Positions 43,138 to 57,162 of a DNA stretch of 64,000 nucleotides are shown piece by piece (the stretch's first letter is position 1; each line of letters begins with the position of its first letter). The notes under the pieces were generated by a model. The model made no database searches, was not told where the DNA came from, and saw nothing but the letters and a program-made list of their open reading frames with translations. The DNA is from Bugula neritina (Eukaryota; Animalia; Bryozoa). The stretch spans positions 4,135,929 through 4,199,928 of the forward strand of contig OZ037769.1 of NCBI GenBank assembly GCA_964035545.1, written 5' to 3'. The translations under genes and the position numbers were made by a program.

Positions 43138-45030
43138 ATGATGTGGGTGGCCATTATGGTAGTCTCATCAACAAAACTGAATGTTTTAGAAATCTCTTAC
43201 AAGCAAGTGAACTTTGAGGGAATTGACTTTGAGCTGATGTCTGGGCAGACAACTTCTGCTAAATACGAAGTTGGTTGTGCCATGAACTGTGTAAATTCGG
43301 ACTTTAAATGCCTCAGTTTCTGTTTGAGAAAAACAAAGAGAAATGTGTTGTGATGTTTTGCATTAACCTAGATCTTTCTTTGAATAATTCCGGAAGCTCC
43401 GAGGTGAGATTTTATGCTCAGGATAAACTGGACGCCAATCACTTGCTAGCTAGAGGCTACATCATTTTGAATTCCTTTTCAAATATTTAACTAGTTATAG
43501 AATTATAGGTATATTTCCTCTTTTGTATTTGCCTCATTAAGTTATTAGGCTTTCAATGCATTATGGCATGTAATTGATCAATCGAAATGTAGACTGTTTC
43601 AAACCAGCTGCAATTACATGTTTCTAGTTACACTACCTTTGACGATATGAAATGTCTCTAAAACCTTTTATATATTATGGCTTCTGTATATCTGTGTATT
43701 ATATAGCTGTAAAATTTTTCTAGCTATGCACACCTAAATATTTGTGAATATATGAAATACATGGTATATCAATCATTATTAACTAATTAATTTCTTTTTT
43801 TTTGTAGATAAGCCATACTCCATGTCATCAGTTCTTATTGATGATCATATTAGGTTTGGCACTAAAAATGCCAATGACGGTATTATCTGCCTACAAAACA
43901 AGACAGGACAAACAAGTTGATGATGGTAATAGATACCAGTGACTAGCCATGCTGGGAAGTGGACCTGCTTAATACACATTGTATTTGGACTGTAAGAATG
44001 CTCAACACTAAAGCTGACTTTTGTAAAAAGAGTATCATATCTAAAGTTACTTTAAATAATACATGTTGTTTGAAGAAATATTTTGCAACATGAAAAGTAT
44101 AAGGATGAAACTCAACTAAAAAGCAACATTTTTAGTTTTTAAAACATTTTATGATCACAACTTAACTCATTTTGCAGCATATTGCATAGCACTAATAAAT
44201 GAGGTATTTTGTATACAGACTTTTTAGTATATACATACTTGTATTAGTGTAAAACTTGGTTAAATTAGTATAATTCTGCTATAATATAACTATAGAGCAA
44301 AAGTTGGCTTTTAATAATTCAATAAGCCTCTCCCTCACCCCATCTCTTTCTCTATTTCTTCTGGATCTCTTTGTTTAAAAAAACTCATCACAAATGAATT
44401 ACTTCAACTGCAAATTTATACATTTGTTTTTTTATATTTTTTGTAGTCAGTGACTTTAAAACTAAGAGAATAAAGGTCACTGTGGCTGAGAATGAGGAAG
44501 ATCTAGAAAATCCCAAAAATCCTGAAAATGTAAGTCATTATTACACATTGTTAAGTTGTGAGACACCAATGATAGAAAAATACGTACATGAATCTGCAGA
44601 TTCAACAAATGATGAGTCAAGTTATTAGATTGTTCTTGAACTATGAGATTAAAGCTCATGGCTATATTAGTTATCCTGAAACTTAAATAAACCACTAGTT
44701 TGAAGAACTATTGGAAAATAATAATATTCTATAGTTCATAATACAAATTTTAGTAAAATGCACAATGTTCAAAAGAATGGTATAAATACAGTGTGAACAA
44801 ACTCAATTCGAATGTTATTACAAAGCACACGCAAAATAATTTTAATCCAACCTTAATAGTATTTCTTTTGCTTCAAAAATGGATAATAAATACAGACTTT
44901 ATTTTTTACCCTATAATTTTTGTTTAATGTTTTTATAAAGGTACTGCATATTGATTCTAGGTGTGCCAACCATACGAAGGCTGTTGCTATAATGCAAGAT
45001 GAAATTTTATGATTGCCGATTATTATATAT
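43138..45030 (+). pseudogene. Pseudogene: signal-like N-terminus + PAN/apple domain + F-type lectin (fucolectin, F5/8C-fold) domain
   Basis: Exon-like blocks 43138-43455 (GQTTSAKYEVGCAMNCVNSDFKCLSF / frameshift near 43320 / LFEKNKEKCVVMFC...HLLAR), 43808-44022 (DKPYSMSS...NANDG, stops and frameshift, PCWEVDLLNTHCIWTVRMLN), 44447-44529 (KRIKVTVAENEE), 44961-about 45030 (VCQPYEG..*). Motifs match the PAN C-x3-C...C-x-SF-x-F...C pattern and F-lectin KPxxxSS / DG / PWWxVDL motifs. Confidence 0.65.
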
Positions 45031-46473
45031 ATGACTTGAACTTGACTTCAACTGAACTTTAAAGCTATCTCCATGTTTTGTTGAATCAATAACAATAACA
45101 AGGCTGCTTCAAAGTAAGCATGCAGAGCTGGATTATTATGTATAACTACTAAATGCACCGCTGCTATATATTTAAATGTTGTTTAATTTATTGAAACTTG
45201 ATTTAATTTATTGTAATAAGCAGCATAATATATTATAGGAGGCTTCATTGTATGTGTCAATTTTATTATGTTTTTGTCAAATTATTCTCCAAAGTTTTTA
45301 TTATAGATTTAAATTTCCAAGAATTTCATAATTGTCAATTCCAGTTATGGTGCACTCTCCTGTTTGAAGCTTTCAGACTTTTTTGAGCAATTGTTTACTT
45401 GTTTACTACAGATACATATCGGTGTAGTTCTTGTGTTGAATTTATGTAATAAAAAGTTAAAATAAATGCGTAAAAATATGCTCTGCTTTTAGTTATTTAT
45501 GCTATGTGAGTAATTATACCTTTGATAACGCAAAACTAATCAAGGAAAATAAGATTAGGTACACCTCTAAAGTTTGGCAGACAAAGGGTGCTTATTGCTA
45601 TGGAAACTAAGAAACATTATTTCTTAAAAATTAAACTAAAGCACATAAACATAATTAAGCATATGCTAATATATTTGAAAATTCTTTATTTGCAAGATAT
45701 ATGTCTAATATTTGGAAAAATTTAATTTCTACAAATTTACATTACATTATATATAGTTTTCCCAGCAAAGCAATAATTGGTTTATAACAATCAAGTAAAG
45801 CCAAGTCTTCTATATATCATATTACAATAGTTTTCTAGCAGTTACGGGCTAAGGTAATATGCATAAAGAAGTATACGCTATAACCTTGAAAATCAATTTC
45901 ATCTTATAGCTCTATAGCCCGCTTACTATGTGTATGAAAACAAATTGATTGATATTATTGACCTAGCTGAAGAACTTTGACTAAAATTCAAAAACTCAGT
46001 TTTCCTTCCCGTGTTGATTTCGGATCATGTTCTAAATGTAATTAGTCTTAGATGTTATCAAGGATTTGAGGTCTTCCTGGAAAAAATTACAGTTTTTTGC
46101 ACTTGCATTTAAGTTTCAAGAAGGTTTTTTTCAGTGTGTGATGCTTTCCCAGCCTTAAGCTTGTATAAGCTCAAAGGAAATACTGATCTAGACATTTGCA
46201 TTATCTTAGTTTAAAAACTCGTTTATTAATTTTTTCATTTCCACCAAAATATTTTCACTGACACAGATATGAAATACTATTAGTAGGAAAAATTGATTTG
46301 TGAATTATAATTGGCAGAAGCTGTAACATTACGTATATTATTATGTCACATTTGATAAATTACCCATGCTAGCTGTGGGAAGCCAATCATCAAAAGATAG
46401 TTTTGAGCCCAGCTGAAATATTTACGGTAATTATTTCTGCTTATTAATTTCTAAAAATAGATCAACTATTATT

Positions 46474-46510
46474 ATTGGTCAATACACTATTGCTATTGAT
46501 TGTATATAAA
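46474..46510 (+). promoter_or_regulatory. Core promoter of paralog 6 (ATTGGTCAATAC...TATATAAAC)
   Basis: ATTGG 46474-46478; TATATAAA 46503-46510. Confidence 0.6.
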
Positions 46511-46564
46511 CTTTTTAGCTTTGCTCAGACTACTATTCCAAATACATACGAGTTACTCGGCACA

Positions 46565-49358
46565 ATGTGTAAGTACAGTTTGGTGATTGCATAGGTACTT
46601 TATCATATTAATTTCTTAACAATTTCACATTTTTATTTTTTTTATTAGTAAGACCTCTAGCATATATATTCATACATATATTTACTATAGACACAAAAGT
46701 AAACTTGCATGAATGCGCATTGCCACACACCTGCATACACTTTTGTAACACACGCACACACACACACACGCACGCACGCACTCACACACACACAAACTCA
46801 CATACTCACACTCACACACTCACACATAAACTCACACATAAACTCACACATAAACTCACACACAAATTGTCGCCAATTTTATTCAAGGATTGTGAAACAT
46901 AGAGTTCTTTTGTCTATTTTTAGTATCTGGTAAAATCTGGTTGTGCGTTGCCCTTCTATTCATAGGTAAGCAAAGATCGTTATCACGTTTATCAACATTA
47001 TGTAAACAGATGCATCCATGCATGCAACAGCATGTATCTGGTCAAATAATGTATTTCCACACGTAAATATGCATCTTATGATAATATGAAAATAAAATTG
47101 TATGGTATAAAACTTAATAATATATATGTATAATTCAATTTTATTCTATATTATACTGCTTGCATTATATCATGTACCTAAGGCTATCAGAGTTAGGTGG
47201 CATATGCTATATATATTTAGGTGCTGTTTGAGAGGCTGTATTGATTTAGGTAAACAACCAGTAGACATGTATCTGTATGTATAAATATCAATACTATATT
47301 TATATGCATAGTCAATTAAAAAGAATTGACATCCTGTATATATTTTTGTCAAAAAGTTATATATATATACACTGTTAATAATCCCTTTTGTAAATTTTAA
47401 ATAAAAGAAACATGTTATGTTGTTAGCCTGTATAAAATTAATTTATATCATTCTACTTTACTATACGCAGTTAAACTGTGTTCTATTATTTTGCTTTAGG
47501 AGCAAACTGTTCACGTGGATATCATCCTAGAAATAGACCATTCAACCGCCGACCACATACGTATTATAAGCCAGGTAATATATTATAACTTATATCAACT
47601 TTTGAAAAAGGAATAAATAACAATATGTTTTTAGTTATAAATTTCTGACAAAATATATTTACTTAGCCTTTCATGGGGTTTTTGTTTTATTAAAAATAAA
47701 TGTTTCAGCTTAAAAATACAAAACATAGCAACACAATTTTGTTTTGACTATAGTCATTGTTTTGTAAACCCAAATAAACTATATATCACATAATTAACAA
47801 TTGATTCTTTAATTTTGTTTAGAACTTAAAATATATAACTTTTTATTATTCTAACATATAATTTATTGAATTGTATTTTATATTATAGTATGTGAGGATA
47901 ATTTGGTAGATATTTTCTGCCAATACAAGCAACTGGTAAATTACAAAACATATGACAGCTGTTTAAGGTATGTTTGCATAAGTTCGAGGGTACGAATTGC
48001 ATAGTAGAAAAATTGCAAGTTATAATCAATAGTTAATTAAAGCAATAACTATTAGTTTACTATTGAGCAACGTATTTCATATATTTGTTATAAAAAACTA
48101 ATGTTCTTATAATGTGATAATTTCACATAACATTTTATTATTTTATTATATATGCAACAACCAAGAGATTTGAAGTTTGCTCTAAAATCTTTTTCAAAAT
48201 CGATTTTATCATTATATATTACCACAACTAGTGTGTGTGGGTCTCGTTTAACTACTTTTAACTAGAATGCTAACGCTTGTGGTTAAAACATTAAATTAAT
48301 TAAATTTATATACAAGTACAATTTTATTGGCTGTTAGGACTATACTAGCACTTACAATGTTTATTTTATTATCAACAGTTGCATTCGTTAGAGCATATTT
48401 TTCAGAGCTCGGGATTTGTTTGCTGAATCAACAACCAACTGCAAGATCAAGGACTCAGTTCAGAGGGTGATTCGGGGAGTTGACTTTGTGTTCCAATTTG
48501 CTCGGAATTGCGCCCGTTTTCAGATTGACTTTCCAGGAGATGGTAAAAAATTCTTAGATTGATCAGCAGTTATAAACCCTCAGTGTAATATAGTATAAAT
48601 TATTTGTCCTATAAAATCAGCCTAGTGTAAAAATAACTTAACTATATAGAGATAGTATGTTATTGCAAAAGGATAAAGATGTGTACTATTATAATTATCT
48701 CAATAGAAATTTTTGCTTTTTATAATCTACTAAATATTCTTATTTTCTAGGCTGTCCCACACTCTCAGATTGTGTTGCAATTCTAATTGAAAGTGACGGC
48801 ACAACAGTCAACTGGTAGGCTATTGTGCATTTTATTTCTAGCGAAATACAACTAAGAAAGATACTTGCTGCTATAAAATTCTTTTCATTAGTATTATTAC
48901 TACGCAAGGACCAAAAATGGACTTGGAAAAATTAATTTTGAAAAGAAGATGCGATTGCAAACTGTAAACACAAACACATTGATTGAAGGGTTAACATTTT
49001 TAATTCAAGCTTATAAAAATTATTTATTGATATAGCACAGCATCAACTTAATATGTATTAAGATAACATTACAAATTAAACAGAAGTTATTTTGAATACT
49101 ATTGCTATATTATGCGATATATATTGATTGTAATTTGTCATTGCATGATAATAATATTCAGTTAGAGACAATCTATATGTCTATGTATATATTGTATGTA
49201 ACAGTAGCAAGAAAGAAGCAGCCAATCAGTGCTACGAAGACATAAGGAAAACAGGTACATGTGATTTCCTTGGTCCAATACAGGACTTGATTATTGGACA
49301 GTTTCTACCTATGGTGTGTCCAGTTATACAACCAGAATTACCTGCTAGCTGCTACTAA
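46565..49358 (+). CDS. Secreted 12-Cys protein, paralog 6 (184 aa, divergent subfamily B)
   Basis: Exons 46565-46568, 46924-46965, 47500-47574, 47889-47967, 48406-48542, 48751-48814, 49205-49358. MLSGKIWLCVALLFIGANCSRGYHPRNRPFNRRPHTYYKPVCEDNLVDIFCQYKQLVNYKTYDSCLRARDLFAESTTNCKIKDSVQRVIRGVDFVFQFARNCARFQIDFPGDGCPTLSDCVAILIESDGTTVNCSKKEAANQCYEDIRKTGTCDFLGPIQDLIIGQFLPMVCPVIQPELPASCY*. Confidence 0.9.
46748..46865. repeat. (CA)n / (ACACATAAACTC)n repeat
   Basis: Direct reading; intron 1 of paralog 6. Confidence 0.9.
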
Positions 49359-49830
49359 AACGATTTTTTAAATCTTTGTATTAGTGTTTGATATTTGTTA
49401 CGTATTGCTGTTTATATAAATACATTATATACGGTTTTATATTATAATAACTTTGTGTTAAGTAGTTATATATCACTTTCACATTCATATTGAGCTGTAA
49501 AGTTGATGCACATGAGATATGTTGTAGAGCTTTTTCATCATAAAGCATTGTAGACTTATTAACTTGTTTACCAGCAAAATTGTAAAAAATATAATGTTAC
49601 AAAATTGGTAATTAATTTCGAGATTATTCACTTGTCGTCTACAAGGTGACAGTTGAACTCCAGGTCTCAGTGTTATAAATAGTTATAGTTTGGCAATTTT
49701 TCCCATTTCACCAGCAGACAAGTTATTGACTGAATTTATCAACCTTTAAAGGGAATATATAGCTGAACAGTCTGATAATATTGGTTATTATAAACACTCG
49801 TGAATATGCAGTGAGTTATATGTACAGTAA

Positions 49831-50058
49831 GGGAGCAGCTGTGGTCTAGGGGTTAGAGCATTTATCTATATAGTAAACACGGAGTCATTGGTTTGAGCCC
49901 AGACAAAGGCCAATGGTGATGTTAGGAAGAGCATCCAGTCATAATTGCTTCTGTGCTTCATCCTAATAAGTCCTTAGCCCACTTTACCAAAAACCCTTTC
50001 CACTAGGAGTCTCTCACAAGGATGCTGACTATATGATAAACTTGTTTGAGTTTATACA
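49831..50058 (+). mobile_element. tRNA-derived SINE
   Basis: A-box TGGTCTAGGGG, B-box-like GGTTTGAGCCC, shared body. Confidence 0.75.
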
Positions 50059-51570
50059 GTAAGAATTTGAATCAACATTTCCAAATATATACACTATAGC
50101 AAGTAGCTGTTAAAGTAAGCAATAACTTGGAATTCTAAGATTAAAGGTAATCAAAATTATAATTTGCACAGCCAAATATACATGAGCCTAACATAATGAA
50201 TTACCTGTTGTAACTGCAGTTCTACAAATATTAGAAAATATTAAAAAAACCAAAATGAACTAAAAAGGAAAAAGGAAATGATGCATAATGTAAACTATGT
50301 ATGCGGAATTTCAATTATATAATATTCCAAACAAACGACACATTATATATAGCATAGACAAACATTATGAGAGTTAAAACAACTTATATACTTGCGTCAA
50401 ATTACATGCATCAAGTATGTTTTTATAGAAGTATTTGCAAAGTGAGTGCACTCAAACCAGATATGATTAATACTTTCTGCCTATAATTAACTGCCAAATC
50501 ATGTGTTTAGCTATTAGCTCTAACTGTGATACTAAATCATGTTATTTGGTTCGAATACAAGCTTAATCTAACACTAATGACATGTTAAAATGTTCTTTAT
50601 ATATAAGCTAATATATTAGACTTTAGAGTATATTACATTGACAAACTACAGTCAATGTCTTTAAAATGAAGTGTTGGTCTCCTGCATGGCTTCATCTTGT
50701 AACAAATTCAAACAGCCAACTCGTTCTATAGACACATCTTTCTACAGACTCAGCCAGGACGTATAGGCTATAAGATATTTCTAATACTTACAATAATAAT
50801 TACTAATACTAGGCTTGCAGTACTATTAGAGTTATACTGTATATGATTTTGCAGAATATAACTTTTTTTTCAAAATTGGGAAGTTGGTATTGCCAAGCCC
50901 AGTTTTCAAAAACACAATCTGCTTGAGATTTATTTCCACATATCTTCCATGGCATGGCACATTCTTTACAGTTATGGAACAAGATTCCAAGTTTTGATAA
51001 ATTTGTTTGAAGCTCAACTGACAGATGAATTACTAAATATAGATTGATTTAGTGTCATAGCTTGCAATATGTCATGCCCAGGTAGTTGAAGTATATATCA
51101 TAGCGTACCAGAACTTGACTGTCTCAATACATTTTTTAATTTGTATTTTAATGGGCTTTTTTGCACATTAATCAACTTTAATTTAGAAGCCATAACACGT
51201 GGAAGTCGATTTAAAATTTCAATAGCTAAAGTTTTTAAAATTAAAATGGTTACAGTTATGCGAGGTTGCATACCCATGCCAACGATGTTAATATATGTAA
51301 ATATTTAAGACTATATTTTTTGACTTACACAACATATGGCCATCACCTAGCAGTAGACCAGTCATTCTTAGTGGTTCTTGCTGCACATCATGCTATATAG
51401 ATTAGCACAGAATCTATCCTAAAATTACAAAATTTTTACCATTAACATTTGGAATATAACTAAACATGTACCAAGATAATATAGTGCTATAATAAGCAAA
51501 CTCTACTACGTCTAAGGGAACTATAATGTGTTATTGTTACATATCAATCATAGTACAATGAAGCTTTATC

Positions 51571-51770
51571 AGAGTAGATGTGGTCTAGGGGTTAGAGCGT
51601 TTGCTTAGTAAACACTAGGTCATGGGTTAGACCCCTGGCAAAGGTGATGTTAGGAAGAGCATCCAGCCATCATTGCTCCTGTTCCCCACCTGAATAAGTC
51701 CTTGGCCCAATTTAACAAAAACCTTTCCAATCAGGGGTTTCTAAGATATGTAGCAACTATAAATTTGCGT
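51571..51770 (+). mobile_element. tRNA-derived SINE
   Basis: A-box TGGTCTAGGGG, B-box-like GGTTAGACCC, shared body. Confidence 0.75.
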
Positions 51771-53803
51771 TATTTTTTAGTCTACAACATTCTATTTGCA
51801 ATAATAGTTCAAGTGTTGAAATTTTTAAGCATAAATTGTTAAAGAGGTGCGTGTTTATTGTCTTGGGCATTTTCTTGCTTGCACGTGCTAACATCAAGGT
51901 TCTCATTTGGTGTCTTGAGAATATAGTAAGAAATATACTATTTTCACATAAATTCTATTAGCAAATCTAGTAAAAAACTAGGTTAATATAGTAAGTATAG
52001 TTAATATATAGATTAAGTTAGTAAATCTAGATATTAATTAAGTTAGTAGGCTAATTATGGCTATAATATAAATACAGTCAGTAAATCTGGCTATAAATTA
52101 GGCTGATCGCGTTACAGTAATAAATCTTGCAGAATTATCTCAATGGATTTGGTTTAAGCATGCATTAGTAAAGCTCCCTATTATTAATCTTAAGAAAGAT
52201 ATACAATAATAAACTGAATTCTTATAAGTTGAAAAAAGCATGGCGTGTAACTCCGCTACAATAGCTTTTAAAGCAGATTGTAAATTATCTTGTATAACCA
52301 AATGGTTATTCAGATGAAAACTCCAAAAAAGCAACAGTATTAACAATATTGCTGCCAGAACTTCGACTATAATATAGAATGCAGCCTATATTTGTAAGAC
52401 TGGGGACTAAACACTTTGAATATACACATATATAGCTATACATGCTCTCTACCAATGTTGGTTAAAAATCAATTGAAACTACTTGAATGAGATTTCACTA
52501 GCTTTGAAGTTGCATTCACTATATTATCTACTCACTGTTATGTTATTATGATTATAATTATAGGCGTATAACTGTTACACAAGATATAATAAAAAGATAA
52601 TTTATTAGGTTACTTATGCCTTTAAAAAAATATAAAAAGGCAAAAGCAAATAAACTACAAAATTTTATACTAAGCTAAAATTTTTGCTACTAAATGACAG
52701 CTAGTAGAGCAAGCTAAAAATCAAATCAATTACTTAATTACTTAGCACGGCTTAATGTTGCTTAATCTCTCTTGTATGTTTTATGATGAGCTGCATATTC
52801 AAACAAACGATGGGTGTGCAACGCCAACAAGCAGGATTATGCTAGCTGTAAAGCTAATATGCTCTGGAATTTTGCTTTAAGTATTTTGAGTACGCCTGAG
52901 AGATTTGCTAGAATTTTCAAAATATACCCGGGCGTGGTACTAGAGGTTACAGTGCTTTTAAGTAGAATTATATGTATCTATTGCATAATGCATAGATATC
53001 TTGTTCGTTATGGATCCAAATGTCTAGCATAGCATGCTTTATATATAAACTAGTATATTCAATATATTTACACGCTAACTGGATTAAGGATAACTGCCCT
53101 CTACATACATGTATTATTATGTATATAGTATCGATAAATAATTTTAGGAAATTTTGTTAATAATTAATACTCTACTATAAATATGCGATATATTTATATG
53201 AATATAATTTCCATTAACTTTTTGCGTGAAAACTGAGCAAATTAAACATGTGGTATGAAATGTATTGAAGAGCACAACCATGCAGCTTTATACGTTGTAG
53301 AAATTTTTGAGTCAAGCCAAAAAAGCTTCAATTTTTTATTCTAAGCAGTCAAAAAAATGTGCAGTTTTCTGACTTTAAGCTTAACCTTGAAGTCAAAGAT
53401 TAATACTACGATTGTGCTTTGAGCTATTTATTATATTATTATCATTATTATATTGCATATATGATACATTTATGTAAGTATTTTTATGTTTTAAAAAATC
53501 AGTTTTCTCTTAACTTTAAAACTTGTATAATTCAAAAGCATGGGTTTTAGCTTTTGCATTTTTAGTTTTAGGAATTTATGTATTTTTTACCTATAAGAAT
53601 ATGTCACCCAAGAACAGCAAAAAATGATCTGATTAGGGAGGAAAAAATCTCATGAACTATGCACCACATTTGATAAATTGCCAACATTAAAATAATCTTA
53701 GAAAGCTTATCATCAAAAGAGAGATTAACCCAAGTCTTTAAAATATTGGGAATATGAGATCAAATAAAAAATGTTCTTGAGCCGGTATGTAAAATAAGAC
53801 TTC

Positions 53804-53840
53804 ATTGGTCAATACAGAGTTTCGAATAATTTTATATAAA
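53804..53840 (+). promoter_or_regulatory. Core promoter of paralog 7 (ATTGGTCAATAC...TATATAAAC)
   Basis: ATTGG 53804-53808; TATATAAA 53833-53840. Confidence 0.6.
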
Positions 53841-53919
53841 CTGGAAAGTTTTGAACTGGGTGTCAGATTAAATATACAAGCACTACTTGGCACCATATCA
53901 TTATAATCTACACTTCAAT

Positions 53920-56900
53920 ATGTGTAAGTATATATATATAAATCTTTACTACGGGATGTTTTTCAATTCCTAGAAATTTGAAATCTATTTGATAAACTTT
54001 CAGCCAAATTTACTTTGAACATATATCTGTACCCACCTTTATTTAGTGATAACTTAATTATGAGAAGATACTTAAACTGAGTAAAATTGATTGTAAGTCA
54101 TTATATATAAATACTGATAGTCAATACAGTACTGACCTATTAATTTAGCTATAGAAATTAAAATATTATAGTAATTGCTCTGTAATTGTGCTTTAACACA
54201 ATTACTAACAAAGTTTTTTGCTTACAGAGACTATATATGTATAGTCTGTACCAAAACATATTTGGAAAATGTCAAGCAAGCTTTTGCTAATGCATAATAA
54301 AAAATGTAGTCGTCCACTACAAACAAAAAAATGTATATAATCTTTGTAATTTAGCTGAGCAAAAACTTTACTTGATGCGTTTCATAAATTTTGATTTCTT
54401 AGCTGTTTTAAGCACACAATGTATTTTCAGAATTAGATAGTAGTTATATGCGATTTTCTTTTTTCAGCTTTTGGAAAACTAACGAAGATTTTTCTGGTGT
54501 GCACTGCTTTGCTACTCGTAGGTACGTAGCGAAAAAGTTAGCTATCTAAAAATGTATAATGTGCCTTTGCCTACTTTAAGACAGTTGTACTGCCTGCCTG
54601 TATCTGTTTTACCAAAACTTTGAGATGACAATCAGTAGATAGAAACAGCAACTTTATACCCACGTAAATTTCAGCACAAAAAAAGTTATCAAATTTATTA
54701 TTCATGCATTCAGTTCAAGGGTGCAATTTTTGTGTACGGATGCTTCATTAAAACAATCATTAACTGTCAGTTACAACTATAGTGCATGCATATATATTAA
54801 TATAATGTGGATTTGGTTATAGTCTTTATAAAGTATTGATTTTGTTGTACTAAAACTGAGCACGTAAATTATCTAAACATTTTATAGATAAACAGTCTTT
54901 CAACTTTTACATTTTATTTTTATTTTAGAAGCACATGGTTTGCATTTCCTTGACAGGTATAACTACCATCACCCATATTATCGTGAGACAGGTAACGTAA
55001 GTTTAAAGTTCAAAAACAAAAATTAACATTTTTATATTATTGCTTCAACATAGTTGAATCAGGTCAATTGAAAATTTACCTTGATTTAGACTTAGCTCTA
55101 TATATAAAGATTATAAAAAGTGCTAGTAAGCTTGATCTATATTTTACAACATATTTTAAAAATTGGATCAACGAAAAAATCAAGAAATATAATTTTCATT
55201 AAAAATAAAGATAGAAATAAAGTTTAATTATCTATAATTTAGGGGTGGGTAACTGGAGGCCCCAGGGCTACCTGTGGTCCCTTGCCAATTTTTCAGTAAC
55301 TCCTAATAATGCTTAAAATAGGTAAATTATGTTGCATAAATTCTGATTATAGCACAGTATAGGCTTGGTAACAAATTACTTTATTATATAATGAAATGTA
55401 ATAATATGTGTTATATATACAATCATGTGGCCCTTTCTTTTGGCTGACTTTTGAACTTGGTCCTCATGCAAAACAATATAGCCAGTATTTTCTTTTAATT
55501 CAAATTTGTATTTTAGTTTGTGAAGACAACTTGATAGACATTTCCTGCAAGTTCACTTGGCTAGTAGAATACAGAACATATGGCAGTTGCTTGAAGTATG
55601 TTAGTTCAACCCTATAAATACAAGGAACATATTTTTATTATATAATCCTAAAGCTTAATGTCATTAGAATAACCACACGTAGACTTATTACTGTATTAAT
55701 GATTAGGATTACATCAAGATTATTATATACACATATTCACCAGAAGATTTTTCTATTATAGCAATTCTAATACCAAGCGATGGCCAGAACTTAAATCGAT
55801 GTTTCTATCACGTACATCAGGTTATTAACAATCACTGCATTTACTTAGGCAAAATTTATGGGGCCTAACACTCTTTGTGCATATGGCTAAGTCAAGTTGG
55901 CATCTACATAAAGATATGTAGTGCAATGTAAAAATCACATACGTGGCATCTCCCAATATGCACTTAGGGCTTTAAATTTTAAAAAAGTTCTTATATATAG
56001 CAACAACGGTATTATGTGTATAAATAATAAACCAAAACTATCGATATAATTGTTTATGTTAGCTTATTATTATTGTACTTAAATGCATTGGTTATAATGC
56101 ATTAGTAATGCATTTATCAACGTCATTATAAATAGATTTGTTAATTTGATTCTGCTGCTATAACTGACGTTATTGTAAAAAATGTGTCTGTATTTTAGAG
56201 CTCGAAAACTATTTGCTGCTGCTACAACCAACTGTAAGGTGAAGGACTCTATTCAGAGAGTTATTCGGGGAGTTGACTTTGTGTTTAAGTTTGCCACAAA
56301 CTGTGCCCGATTTAGGATTGACTTTCCTGCACCTGGTATAAATATTTTATGTCAATATCTAGAGATAAATTTACATGACATTGTAATGTAATGTCTTATA
56401 TTTTGAATAAACAAGCAATTAACTTTATTTATAATATAATTGATGAAATGATCTTGTGCTATTTTTAGATAATAATTATGTTAGGTACCCTTTCACAATT
56501 TGTTGTTTTAGGTTGTCCAAGTCTCTCGGATTGTGTAAAACTTTTAGTTGAGAGTGATGGAAAAACTGTTAATTGGTAAGTAAATTTTATGTTTTATTCA
56601 AGCATGTAAGATAATGGCAAAACTATGTAATATTTCTAAATGACAATTATTATATTGAGTGCAAAAATTCTAAATAAAAAGCATATTATAGTGAGGAAAT
56701 GCTGTTTCGGAAAAGGTAACTCATATAAATTATCAAAACTTCAATCGATTTTTAGTTTAACATGAGTTCAATTACCAGTCTATTAAAACTTTACTAGCTA
56801 GAAATATTGCATAATTATACACTATTGCCTTTTAACATATATTAAAATGAAATTGCTATATAAATGTGGTGTTTTCATTTAAGGATATCAAACTTTGGTA

Positions 56901-57162
56901 TTGCACTTCAATGTCATGTGATCATGCATTGTTGAAGATTGACTATGTTTGACATCAATAATTATAATAAACAATATACAATAATATTATGTAATATTTT
57001 ATTAACAGCAGCAAGAAAGATGCAGCCAATCAGTGCTATGAAGATATTTTGCAAAGAGAAAACTGTGATTTTACTGGTCCAATACAAGATTTGATTATTG
57101 GACAGTTTCTACCTATGGTGTGCCCAGTTATACAACCAGATTTGCCCAAGTGCTATAACTAA
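53920..57162 (+). CDS. Secreted 12-Cys protein, paralog 7 (184 aa, divergent subfamily B)
   Basis: Exons 53920-53923, 54468-54521, 54929-54991, 55517-55595, 56199-56335, 56512-56575, 57009-57162. MSFGKLTKIFLVCTALLLVEAHGLHFLDRYNYHHPYYRETVCEDNLIDISCKFTWLVEYRTYGSCLKARKLFAAATTNCKVKDSIQRVIRGVDFVFKFATNCARFRIDFPAPGCPSLSDCVKLLVESDGKTVNCSKKDAANQCYEDILQRENCDFTGPIQDLIIGQFLPMVCPVIQPDLPKCYN*. Confidence 0.9.
55240..55475. mobile_element. Possible degenerate hAT-like MITE remnant in intron 3 of paralog 7
   Basis: Begins taggggtgggtaactggaggccc, with repeated tgtgg(t/c)cc subterminal motifs typical of hAT non-autonomous elements; right TIR not seen. Confidence 0.35.

Noticed and set aside
49831-49915. tRNA gene
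   Set aside because: A/B boxes present but no clean cloverleaf, and it continues into a repeated SINE body
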